Assembly: GCA_051942205.1 (NCBI GenBank)
Contig: JAVECO010000014.1
Location: 62,001-126,000, forward strand
Direction of reading: 5' to 3'
Origin: Coniocarpon cinnabarinum
Lineage: Eukaryota
Length of the DNA: 64,000 bases
Position 1 is the stretch's first letter. Each line of letters opens with the position of its first letter. The translations under genes were made by a program, and so were the position numbers. Below are positions 21,829-33,089 of the stretch, one piece after another. A model generated the notes under the pieces. The model saw nothing but the letters and a program-made list of their open reading frames with translations. It searched no databases and was not told where the DNA came from.

Positions 21829-24451
21829 CTCCATGTCGGCTCCATTACTAATACAATGGTCCTGATGTCGTTTCCTGCCCCCTCCCGAGTCAACCTCACC
21901 GCTAACGTCTCCTCTTTTACGACGCTAATACACCGGCGAATGAAGCCTGGATCTCGCCATTTGCCACTATTCAATATCTCTCCCGCCTCCTTGCTTGTTT
22001 CCGTATCAAGAGTTGATATCTGGCCTGCAATTCGCTCAAAAATCGCCGAAATATGGGCAAATGTCGCATTATCTGCGTCAAATGCCGCATATTCTGACGG
22101 CGACGCGACTGCAGCAACCCATCCAGAATCGGATATCAACCCAATAGCCATTAACAGCGTCCAGCGGTCCTCTTCACCCTCGTTCTCCCGCACCAAAGAC
22201 CGGCCAAAGGCCATTGCTTCATTTTCTTCGGCTGAAAAAAGTCTCTGCACGTGCTGCAGCGTCAGAACTTTAGCCTGCACTTCATTCTCCAGAACTCTGA
22301 CATTGGCGTCCAGTATTTGGGCTTGGCCTTGCATATACGTCTCCGCATAATGATATCGTTTGGATGAAGAACTCTCTGGATTTGCATGGCTCAGGTTGTT
22401 TAGACCATTATCAAGACGTGATCTATCCATTCGAAGACGATCGAGGAGGAGTGACATCACAGCGACAGTGACACGGAGCGATACACGTGTACACGCGGCT
22501 TCTTGAGGCCTGATTTGCAATCTACCACCAGCTTGAAGAGTTGCCTTTTCACTATACAACGTCAGCATACCAGCTTCAGCTGAGAGCATGTCAGCCCTGG
22601 ACCAACCGATTATTCATGAGCAGACAGGTCAGCCTTGCAATCAAGGAGAGCGGTATACCCGATAATGCAGACTGGATTGCTGGCATCTCCGTACTTCTTG
22701 AAGGATAGCCAGGAGCAATTGAATCGTCAGAAACATCAGAGTTACTGCAACCATCAGACAGAGGACGGCGTACATAAAAGGTCGTATTGGACGGATCGTT
22801 CGCTTCTCGAATTCTCAACGGCTCACGCTTAGAAGACTCTTGCTCAGCCATTTCAGACGCCTCACGCTGCTTCAACGCTTTACCAGATGACTCAAGCTCT
22901 CCTGACGCCTCACCGGATGTCTCCTCACCATAAATCCTCTCAGCAGACTCCTCAAAGTACTCCAGAAACTCATACTCCCTCGCCGGCATCTTCAAAGGAA
23001 AAGCATCAAACTCATTTTCCTGCAAAGCGAACCCATAACTCAGAAGCAGCTGTCCATTGTTCTTGCCTCCATAACTATTAAAGATTTCACCACCAGGCTT
23101 GACTTCGTCTTCGATTACGATTGAGAAGGAGTACTCATTCGAGATCCAATAATTACGCGTAGTGGAGGAGTGATTCAATGCGTCTATGCCTGGGTAGAGA
23201 AGGACATCGGCGTCGTAAGTGAATGGCTGTAATGAGGCGGATGTGGGTTGAGTGGGGTTTAATGGAACGCCACGAAGAAGCCAGGATGGAAATGCTCGTG
23301 ATGAGAGGATTGATAATGCCCATTTGAAGCGATTCCTAAGCTATCAGCCTCAGTTCTCCAACGCTCATTGACATTGGGACAATTCTGTCAACATCCATGC
23401 TCTGGCAACACCAAAGCCTCGCCGATAACGAAGCTGGTTTATAGCACAGGCACAAACGAGACGCAGGAGAGGAACGAAAAGAGATATGTAAGAGTAAACT
23501 CACCACGAAAGATCAATGTCGTGCTCCTCACTCCAGTCTGTAAGTCGAGGAAAGAGAACATCATATTCAGCCTTCCAAATTGCTTCAAGATCTTTTATGC
23601 CTTTTGAAAGGGGTGAGCCCTCCACCCAGGATTTTTCCGTTTCTGACCATGAGAGGGGGAGGTCGAGTATATTGGATGCTTCGTCCCTGACTTCATTCAG
23701 TTCTTCTGGTGAGTCGACAGGTTCGGGTAAGGAATCAATGTAGCCAGTCCAAAAGCTATCATTGCCGAGACTCAATTGAATACAGAGGTAGATTGCAGCT
23801 AGACATTGAGGTCGTATGGGTGCATTTCTGATCTCCTGTGGAAGGCTTAGATTGCTAAAGTTTGAACTGCTGGCGTTGCTTTGAGATTCGCCGCTTGGGT
23901 CCTTGTTGCGTTGAGTTGCGGGGTCGTTGAAGGCGAGTGGGATTCCGCGTGCATTCAAAGCACTCAACGTGATGTTGTGGGGGCAGGATATGGCGACTGT
24001 ACCGGTTTCGATCTTCCAGGGACGTCAGCAGCTATGATGAGTATCGAAGGGTCCTCCTCCAGAGGGGGTATTGCGAAGACGGAGAATAGAAAGGTTCATC
24101 ACGGCAAGCACCACACGTTTGACGGATGCCGAAAACTCCAAACACAATCTGAGAGCATCCATTCGAGACACCTCATGAGCTTCGCAAAACACCGACATCC
24201 ACAGACCAACGCTCAGAGAAGCGATGGACTTGCAAGAGAACTGGAAGATCACGGCATGTAAACGCGTAGAGTAGCAGGTCGCCTACATGATTTAGAGCAA
24301 AGTGAGATTGTGCACTGACTTTTGAAGGACCAATCCCGTTGCTGGTGCGAAAGAGCAGATGCACGCCCCGTTCTTCTGTGTACACGAACTTCAAGGCGGG
24401 ATGCACGAAACCTCCATGCGTATGGAGCCACTGGATCATGTCATTAGTCAT
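21819..24451 (-). CDS. SET-domain lysine methyltransferase (Rkm1/Efm1/SETD3-like), 4 exons with a 307-nt first intron (24013-24319)
   Basis: IQWLHTHGGFVHPAL, ISCPHNITLSALNA, SFWTGYIDSLP, RFKWALSILSSRAFP, PGIDALNHS, GEIFNSYGGKNNGQLLLSYGF; introns restore frame. Confidence 0.9.
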
Positions 24452-25245
24452 GCCATCGGGTTCGCGTCCGCCGTGATTGGCCTCTCTCGACCGGGGAGTT
24501 CTGGGAATTGGGCCTCAAAGATGCACATGCTCACGTCTGAAAATCTGGCCAGTCTGAGATCCATGCTGGCGCAGTGGTCGCAGTCACGCGTTGCGGAGCG
24601 ATGGCGCCTCATTACATTGGCTCGGGATGAGAGCCAGTATAGCAGTGTTTACCGGCAAGACACTATTACATAGACGATCAGTGCCGCAAAAGTACGCACG
24701 CATATACTGTTGCCACTGCAAAATCCTTTATAATTTATTATTGGAGTCTTACGAAAGTTGTATACATGTGAATGACGTTGGCGTTGCTCCATCAAAACGA
24801 AGTTTACTGGCAGGGTAGCCGATGAACCGCCATATTCATCAATGCACTTGTGAGAAACCATCCTCGCGCAAGACCCTCTTCTCAGAATCCTGTTTACCCT
24901 CTCTAGACGTCCTCATCTACCAATTCGACAACGGCAATAGTGACCCTATACAGAACCTTTGCATCTGATCCGCAAGCTTGTATAACGTATCGGAGTAGTA
25001 AGAATACGTGCACGTATGTTCTGGACTTTCAGGTGTTATTCTCGCACCTTTGCACTTATACATTTGGACTCTAGCACGAGATTTGAGCCGCTTTCAGTCG
25101 ACGGCTCTCGTTCCTCAGCTCCACTCTTCTGTTAATTCTGTGACGTCAATAGGGGTCTCTTTCTTTTCTTTGTTTTAGCAAGAATATATTGCGAGGGTGT
25201 GGAGCGTGCTTCTACGCTTACATTTGCTTGCAAAAAAGCGTGGAC

Positions 25246-25432
25246 CAGTGTGGTCAATGATTAGGTTATGGTTCGATTTCGGTTCGGTAGCGCCATAAAC
25301 AAACCGATATGAGCAATAACTAAATCGATATCCTAATAGTTAACTATAACTAAACCGATAAGAGCGAGAACCAGACTAACAAGAGCAAAAATCATAACTA
25401 AACGAATAATAACCGAACCATTGACCACACTG
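25246..25432. mobile_element. hAT-type MITE, 187 bp, copy 1
   Basis: TIRs CAGTGTGGTCAATG... / ...CATTGACCACACTG; 8-bp flanking duplication GCGTGGAC (25238-25245) / GCATGGAC (25433-25440); AT-rich interior with AACCGA-like repeats; no ORF. Confidence 0.9.
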
Positions 25433-25761
25433 GCATGGACAAGACTATCGGAAGTGGAGCTTGTAGCCGTGCAGCAAAGACCAATCTACTTGATACTCAA
25501 CACAGTCGCAGAGAACGTATACGATTTCCCTCTTCCCTTTCACGTGCCCTGAAACATTTTCAGTCTTCGATATTGCGAGGAACGATACTATTTTCCTATC
25601 GTTTCGAGATGAAGCCTCAGCTGGATGATGTGAAATGTTGAGAGATACTGATAGATACAGAGAGGAGAAATCGTTGTCATTCGCCATCTTTTCACATTTC
25701 CTGTGGTGTTGTGCAAGTCTGTTTGATCCTTTAGATTGGTCGTATATGCTTCCGTGATCAG

Positions 25762-26181
25762 TCATTGACCGTCTTTGGCTGTTATGAAAGCCTCGCTAGT
25801 GCCGACGACTTTCAGCTGCTTCCTTTCAACGAATTTCTCCTCATCGGCGTTGAGTCGCGGCACCACGGCCGGGTCCCTCATCATCCGATCGTAGAAGCTT
25901 TGGAAAGCCTCTCTGTTCTCGAAGACGATCGGAACAATGGCGTCGTAATCAAAATCCTCCACAGTTCCCACAATGACGTTCGGGACAAAGTTGGTGGAAG
26001 TGGAGGAGGCCGTTGAAGCATACTGACTTTCCCTCGTCACATAGTAGCGTGTGTGTGATCTGGGAAAGTCTTTTCCAAAGAGGTCTTTCAATAGTTGCAT
26101 GTGCACATCCTCATAATGGCTTTGGAACTGGGCGGGTGAAATTCCACGCTTGCGCCAAACGAATGCTATGACGACGAACAT
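25762..26181 (-). CDS. EthD-domain (dimeric alpha-beta barrel) protein
   Basis: RKRGISPAQFQSHYEDVHMQLL, FPRSHTRYY, DFDYDAI...FENREAF, ADEEKF are typical of fungal EthD proteins. Confidence 0.85.
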   Translation of the reverse strand: MFVVIAFVWRKRGISPAQFQSHYEDVHMQLLKDLFGKDFPRSHTRYYVTRESQYASTASSTSTNFVPNVIVGTVEDFDYDAIVPIVFENREAFQSFYDRMMRDPAVVPRLNADEEKFVERKQLKVVGTSEAFITAKDGQ

Positions 26182-26524
26182 CGTTCTTTATTGGAAGGCA
26201 GATCAAGGTTTTGGCTGCCTTGATGCTTCCTGACCAGAGAAGCGCTCAAGTAAACCACTGCTCATTTATGTATTGGTGGCTACTTCATTTTCTGTAAAGA
26301 TCAGCACACGGAAAACTGATTTGTCACATTATGATGCAACGTCATTGTGCAGCCGTGCTGGCAGATCAGAAGATTTCGAGAAAGTATTGGTCAACCTGCA
26401 TGACGCCTGATGTTCGCCCAACCACGATTAGCGGTGGATACTATGGCGTGACTGATGTACAGTAAATTGGGCACAGTCTTGACAAAGACGGCTGCAGTCA
26501 CCTTGCCAACGTTGCAGCGCCTAC

Positions 26525-28522
26525 TCAAACCATCTGCCCTTCCACAGTTTCACGATGCCTGAAGACAAGCTTCAAAGCACCAGGCTGGGAAGTCAACTGA
26601 TCTCTCATATCCCGTAGCACGGCTTCCCCTCTATCCTTCCCCTCAAACTCAAAGCGGAAACGCTTCACGACCGAGGCTAGTACCAGACGAAGTTGCATGC
26701 GCGCGAGATCTTGTCCTACACATCTTGCTTGACCTGAAAGGGGTAGACAATTTTAGCGTATGGACTCAACAGCTGCCCGTCGGAGCGTGTACGCTACTTA
26801 CCCATACCAAAAGGGGCAAATGCGTGCCTGTTCTTGACCAAGTCGGGCTGACTATACCAGCGTTCTGGTATGAAGTGCTCTGGAAATTCAAAACACGAGT
26901 CGACTATTTCCAAGCGTCGTCAGCTATTAGTGGATCTATTGAGTAGTCTGAATACAACACCGTGGTCCATTGCTGCATGAACTTACGCTTCCCTGTTGTC
27001 CAACGTGGCGCCCAAACCTTGGTTTCCCCTGGAATGTATGTGCCACCTATCATAATGCCCTCTCGTGGTGTTAAACGAGTCACAATAGTGGGAGTGACTG
27101 AGTATAGTCGCAATGTTTCTAGAATGGCACCATTAAGATGGGGTAGCTGCGAGATCGCCTTCAGATCTGCAGGATCCACGTGTGATAGCTCCAGAAAAAT
27201 CTTTTCGGTGTCCTGAGGATGCCGCGCAAGCGCGTAAAGTAGGAAGGTCATACTAGGTGCGAGCGTATCGCTTGGCAAAGTGATGTCAGTCAAGCGTCCA
27301 TGTTCGAGTTTGATTCGAAGTCTACCTTCCAGCGACTACCATAGTCGCTGCATCGCCACGCAGCCATTTCATCGCGCTCTCGAAAACTGCCGATTTCTCT
27401 GACTCCGCAATGAAAAATTTCGCAACGTCTGCATCGTCTGGAGTTTTCTTTCAGAATTTCAGCAAGATGTTCCTGCGTCAAAGTGGAAAAGTTTACCCGA
27501 AGACGCTTAGACATGCATTGGTGACAGAATCTAAGCATACCAAACCAGTCGCCGATTTTCCACGCCCAGGGAAAGAAAGCAAACCCGATCTTAATCAGCC
27601 ATACTACAGGTGCGAAAGGCCCAAGGATGGATAAAGCTCGTCTGAACATTCGGATGGACCAGTGAAATTGCATTTGTTTCATCATGTCGAAGTCTTCATG
27701 GAAGGCGACCTGTCCCATGGTGTCAAATGCGAACCAATATAAAATGTCATTCATAACGACCGAGCTGCCTTTGATAGCAGCGTTGTTGAGATAGTCGAGC
27801 AGCGTCAAGATCTGACGGTTGACTCTTGGTTGGTACGCAGACACCACTTTGAGATAGTCAGTGCATGAGGACCTTTTCTTTGGTGGAGTTTGGCCCACTT
27901 CGAGGACCGAGAGCATAAGACCAGACCTTTCGCCTCTGATCGTGAATGGCCTTAGGTCTCGTGAATACGAGGGAGAAATCTGGCAGCAGTATATCGTAAA
28001 AGTCGGATTTTATGCATTGAGTCCCGAAATTTTCCAGTACATGGTGCGACTCAGGATGGAATGATGCAATCTCACTCGGACCTGCAAGACTCAGCGATGA
28101 CATTAGAGCAATAGATAATTCTCAAGGTCTCTTTGGATCAACATACCTGTACGCACGAAGGTGCCGTATCGGTGATATAGGTCGTCCATCACAAGATGAT
28201 TGCGAGAGTCACGGCACTGATATACATGCCAAAACTTTGACAGAGCTGCCATTTTAGGACCAGGAAAACTCCGTAGGCGGTGGAAAAAAGATCGGTATAG
28301 CAACATGCTGGAGACAAGGCCCAGGAAATAACCCAGAATTGCGAACCAGATTGCCGTCTCAACCTTTGCTTGTCTGAGGATACGGTACAAGCACAGTGTT
28401 GAAGGGATCATTGTATGGAAAAGAAGCACAAGGTGCGCCTGCATGTGCCATTCTCCGTGTTTGAAGATCCCTAGGTGAGTTGCAATGCCAATAATCACAC
28501 CTGCGAGCAAGTGGCGAGTCAT
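26525..28522 (-). CDS. Cytochrome P450 monooxygenase, 7 exons, apparently intact
   Basis: N-terminal membrane anchor with HGEWH, FPGP, YGTFVRTGPSE, I-helix VAGSDT, ETLR, PERW, heme motif PFGMGQARCVG. Six GT-AG introns splice in frame to TGA at 26525. Confidence 0.93.
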
Positions 28523-29269
28523 GATTCTGTGTAAGTCTCCGAGAGATCCAGTAAAGGCCACAGCTTCAGGCTGGCGTCTTATATGCTCTCCCGGTGAGCG
28601 AGCGTATACCTCTTGCATTCTGATCTCGATGTGCCCACCAGGACGAACGCACTCTGTTCTTCCTGAGGTAGGTGGGGCCGTTACCAGAGCATGTGACGGG
28701 CGGAAACAGCCAAGGCATAGATCGACCACTTGGATGGGACGGTAATCGATGAGCGTCAGCCTTGATCAGGAGCCCTGGCGTCGTCGGAGATGCAAGGATT
28801 CGATCATCTGTAGGAGACAAGACCAAGTCAGCAAGCATTGCAGATTTGGTGTGACCGACGAATGCATGAGGACACCCTCACAGCTGAGCCTGACGCCTGA
28901 AGCTTGCACCGCTCTGGGCATCGGCATGCACAGTCGAGGCGTCGACTTCCCTGTAGACTCGTACAAGTACTCGAAAGTATAATTTGCTATGCAATCCCTA
29001 CGGCTTGAAAAGCCGCATGCGAGATAGACTGGTGACGACACGATTATGATTGCCATTGGCTTCCTGCGACCCTTCCAACAGTTGAAACAGCCCATCGCAT
29101 GACCTCTCTTATGAGCTCGCGCTGAATGGAAATTAGCAGGAACCTGCCTAAACTTGGCTATCCCGCAGCCTCGTAATTGTTTACAGAGCACAGAGCCTTG
29201 AAACTAAACAACTACCAACTGTATTACTGTTATCTATTGGACCCGGCATTGCTGGCCACTTGGATTATC
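28523..29269. promoter_or_regulatory. Probable bidirectional promoter shared by the P450 and the UbiA-type cyclase
   Basis: About 750 bp between head-to-head start codons; inferred from geometry only. Confidence 0.5.
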
Positions 29270-30187
29270 ATGACCATCCAGGGCACCCTCAAAGTCTTCG
29301 TGTTCCACGCCAAATCTATTTGGCTCTTCACATACAGCGACCTCAAGACAATTGTATTACCCAGTACGATCTCTGGACTGTGCAACGGCTTCGCGGCGGC
29401 CAAGCTTAATGCTCGTATGAGTCAGGATTCATCCTTCACTGCCTATGTTCTCATGCGCAACTCATTTCTTATCATCATCTGGGTCTGGATCAACCTTTTG
29501 CCGTTCGCCATCAATAATCAGAATCAGGAAGAATCAATTTTGGAAGACAAAGCAAACAAACCTTGGCGTGCACTTCCTTCGGGACGAATGACACGTGGGA
29601 ATGCTCAAAAGCTAATGATATTGACTTATTCGATCGCGATCTGTGCCAGTATTTCTACTGGTCCCTATCGGCAGTGTCTTGCCTTGATCGTCCTCGGATT
29701 TTGGTATAACAACAAAGGCGGGGCTGACCGTAGTTTCCTGATCAAAAATTTTATCAACGGTGTTGGTTTTATTTGCTTCATATCTGGCGCCATGCAAGTC
29801 ATGATTGGATCTTTTGAGCCAGTTCAAAAATTTCACTGGTGGTTCTCGGTCATCGCCTTTGTAGTGCTGACAACGGTGCAATCACAAGACATGCCAGATC
29901 AAGCAGGCGACGCCCTTAGAGGACGAAAGACAATGCCGCTGGTGGTTGGAGACGGCTGGGCGCGAATATCAATCGCGACGTCAACGACGGTGTGGAGCTT
30001 GGTCTGTCCTTGGCTGTGGGCGGCCTCATTGAGACTCTACACCCTACCCCTCGCGCTTGGACTTGCTGTCGCGATAAGGACCTTGTCCCTACGCTCGCAG
30101 GCTTCAGATGAGAACACATTCCGTCTGTGGAATGTCTGGATGGTGGTCTTGTACTCTTTGCCTGCCACTAAGGCCTGGGACTTGTGA
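29270..30187 (+). CDS. UbiA-superfamily membrane protein of the Fma-TC-like terpene cyclase/prenyltransferase type (305 aa, intronless)
   Basis: WLFTYSDLKT, NLLPFAINNQ...SILEDKANKPWRALPSGR, YNNKGG, QDMPDQAGDALRGRKTMPL; several TM helices. Confidence 0.88.
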   Translation: MTIQGTLKVFVFHAKSIWLFTYSDLKTIVLPSTISGLCNGFAAAKLNARMSQDSSFTAYVLMRNSFLIIIWVWINLLPFAINNQNQEESILEDKANKPWRALPSGRMTRGNAQKLMILTYSIAICASISTGPYRQCLALIVLGFWYNNKGGADRSFLIKNFINGVGFICFISGAMQVMIGSFEPVQKFHWWFSVIAFVVLTTVQSQDMPDQAGDALRGRKTMPLVVGDGWARISIATSTTVWSLVCPWLWAASLRLYTLPLALGLAVAIRTLSLRSQASDENTFRLWNVWMVVLYSLPATKAWDL

Positions 30188-30759
30188 TGTTGAAGAGTGT
30201 AAAATGGAGGGATATCACTCGGGACTTCTCGGGTAAATGTTCCGAGGCTGGCAAAAAGTCACGTGGCGTTGCAACAGGGAATGCCACATCGCTTATCCTA
30301 CATGCACATCTGCATGGCACAGCTGGATCAGACTACTCATGGTCTTCACATGCAACTTGCATGACATCAAGATTGATCACATTGTGGGTGTCCCCGCTTG
30401 ATCCTCGGTTCATTGCCGGAGCAACGGCGGTTTAACACGTAAAATAGCCTGATGCCGCCAGTAAGGGCGTAGAAGTACCGCTGGAGGACCTCTCATTGAT
30501 GTTGACCGCATGACACATACATGTGGAAAATACCTGTGGCTGCCTTGCGATGGATGTAGAATGACTGCCGCATCAGTCCTGCTGCAGCAGGCAACCTATG
30601 TAACATTTGCCTATCACACGGCCCAGCTGCTCGCCTATCATAACCGTCCTTGACATTGAAAAGGTCTTTCTCTTTTCCCTTGCTGCGATGCTCGGTCACA
30701 TTCATTGAGTTGATCATTTGTTTCAACAATATCATCATCCCGCAGTGCCATAAAACGCT

Positions 30760-32088
30760 ATGGCCATTGACAATGATCCAAAGGGTGTTCAATTTATCGT
30801 CATTGCCACCGTCTTCTCCAGCCTTTCTGTCATAGCGGTGTGTCTTCGGTTCTGGGCCCGTAAGCTCACTCGCCGCGCTTGGGCTCTCAGCGACTATCTT
30901 ATTGTGTTGGGTCTTGTAAGTCTCATTCCGTTCACATCATCCTACACTGAGACTTCGGCATTACTAACCAAGTACGAAGGTTTTCACGCTGGTCACCACA
31001 GGATTAGGATTTGCATGTCAGTCTTTCACAGGGGATTGCATGCAAATAGAAGAGACGCGTGGACTGATCTCAAAACCGTAGTGGTCGCAGCCGGTGGGGC
31101 GGGAAAGCACGTTCAGGATCTATCTACGAATGAAGCCACTAATCTTTTGAAAGTGAGATACTGCGAACTGCGACGTTTGTCAGGGAAAGCTAATCAATTC
31201 CGCATCACTAGCTTTATGTTGCTGCGCCGGCCGTTTGGGTGGTTGCAACTACCCTTATCAAACTCTCGATCCTCTCATTTTATGTCGCCACATTTACGAC
31301 TCGCGCCGTCCGGCTAGCTTCGTATGTGATTGCATTACTCACAGTCTTGGAATTTATCGGTATCTTCTTGTTCTCGTTCTTGCAATGCCTGCCAATAAGG
31401 TACAATTGGGACAAGACCATTCCAGGAGGTCATTGTGGAAATGAACAAGCTGGATTCCTTGCAGGACCGGTTGTCAACTTCGTTGTTGACGCTCTGATAG
31501 TCGCAGTGCCAATGCCCGTCCTCTGGAAGCTTCAGATGTCCCTCAGAAAGAAATTAGCCATATCGGCGATTTTGTCCGTGGGTCTTGTGTAAGTACTCTC
31601 TGTATTGAGTAGACAATGGCCCGTGTATGGATCTTATGCATAGTGACTGTCCCCGGGCAACCAATGCTGACGGCTAGGTATTTAGAATTTGTGTCATTTC
31701 TGCCGTCCGCATCGCGTTTCTCGTCAGACTCAACGCTGCAGACTTTTCATACAGCAACACCCCAAACGTACTATACGCAGCGCTAGAAATACAATTGGGG
31801 ATCGTCAACGCCTGTCTACCTATATTGCAGCCTATTGCGTCGAAGACAGCTGAAGTTCCTTCCTACATTGTGTCGCTTCTTCCTCCATCGTGGAGGACGA
31901 GTTCTAGACGCGAACAAAGTCAAGGAAGCTGGCTCACAAATCCGCGACGTGGTAAGCCGTGGCATGACGGCCATGACGACCAGTCAACAATGAAAAGAAG
32001 TCGTTTTCGGCCCATACGCGAGGCGATACCTCTCGACTCTGAGGTGAGCTATCCAGGTGCCGTTACGACACGGGCCCCTTCGCCATGA
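30760..32088 (+). CDS. Pth11-like / Sat4-like fungal rhodopsin-domain integral membrane protein (no CFEM), 5 exons
   Basis: AVCLRFWAR...SDYLI, GAGKH, IKLSILSFY, QCLPIRYNWDKTIPGGHC, DALIVAVPMPVLWKLQMSLRKK, EIQLGIVNACLP; GT-AG introns in frame. Confidence 0.9.
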
Positions 32089-33089
32089 GCCTACTCTATG
32101 GCATTAGGAAATGGATGGCGCAGAGAGAAGAATGCTGTGCTTCTTCTGCAGTGATGATAGCTGTGATAGAATCGTGTGGGACGCCAACAGTTGCTAGAAA
32201 GATGCACCTTTGAAGCGGCGTTGAAAGTTAGCAGTCTTGCTGTTACAAGCCTTCGATACTTTACCCCAAGTTTTGCACGTGTACCTTCCCGAGGTACCTC
32301 ATTTTGGTCAAGTATGCCTAGGTGTGTGCGCACGGTGAGCAAACTCTGTGTGATGAATTTAGAGTATTGACGCGGGTAATGTCCCACTGCTTCCTCTGCG
32401 TACGGAAGACCACCACGCAAAGCTTCGTTGCCGTTGGATCCAATCAAATCTTCATGGATAGAGGCCCAACTGAGTCGGAGTCCGTAGGAGACAATCCTCT
32501 GGGATGGACGCATAGACATCTGTACATGCGGCTCAGACAGGGTTATCAAGCGGTTCAGAATTCGTGCATCTCTTTGTAGACCAGGATGAGGCCTCTGAAG
32601 TAGGAAAGTTCTGTGTCGATCGAGAATGACTTGTGAGCCCCAACTACCCATGGCGGGTGATTACGCCGCACCTCGAGACACTGATTTGATCGGCACGAAC
32701 GACGTGATCGGCTACTTCTCCACATTTTCACATCTCCTGATCGCCTGGCGGAAGACTTTTGGGGGACTGTGATGCCTGTCTGCCAGTTTGCCTGTTCGTG
32801 TGCTTGGCATTGTCGTGGCGGGGAAGAGAGCTCGGACCAGCGAGCGAGCACTGGTTGATTCTACGGCTCCCTACCCGTCCCGCGGCGCTACTGCAAGCAC
32901 CCGCCTTGCCGCATTCTCTACCAAGAGCCTCAAACGCACTAGGCAACCTGGTGAGGACTGACTTTGCTTGACTACCTGCAGCTGAGTCTCGCATTTCCGT
33001 ACCATCATAATATCAAACTGCAAGCTGAGCCTACCAAGCTTTGACCAGTTGCGAGGCGTCCCCAACCTTGCGTACATTGGCGTCATCAA

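Noticed and set aside
25341..25350. TAACTATAAC, half of the I-CeuI/LSU rRNA site (the other half GGTCCTAAGGT occurs at 54124)
   Set aside because: Isolated short matches 29 kb apart with no rRNA context; chance
26600..26650. Suspected frameshift in the last P450 exon
   Set aside because: Recounting the G runs shows the frame is intact to TGA at 26525
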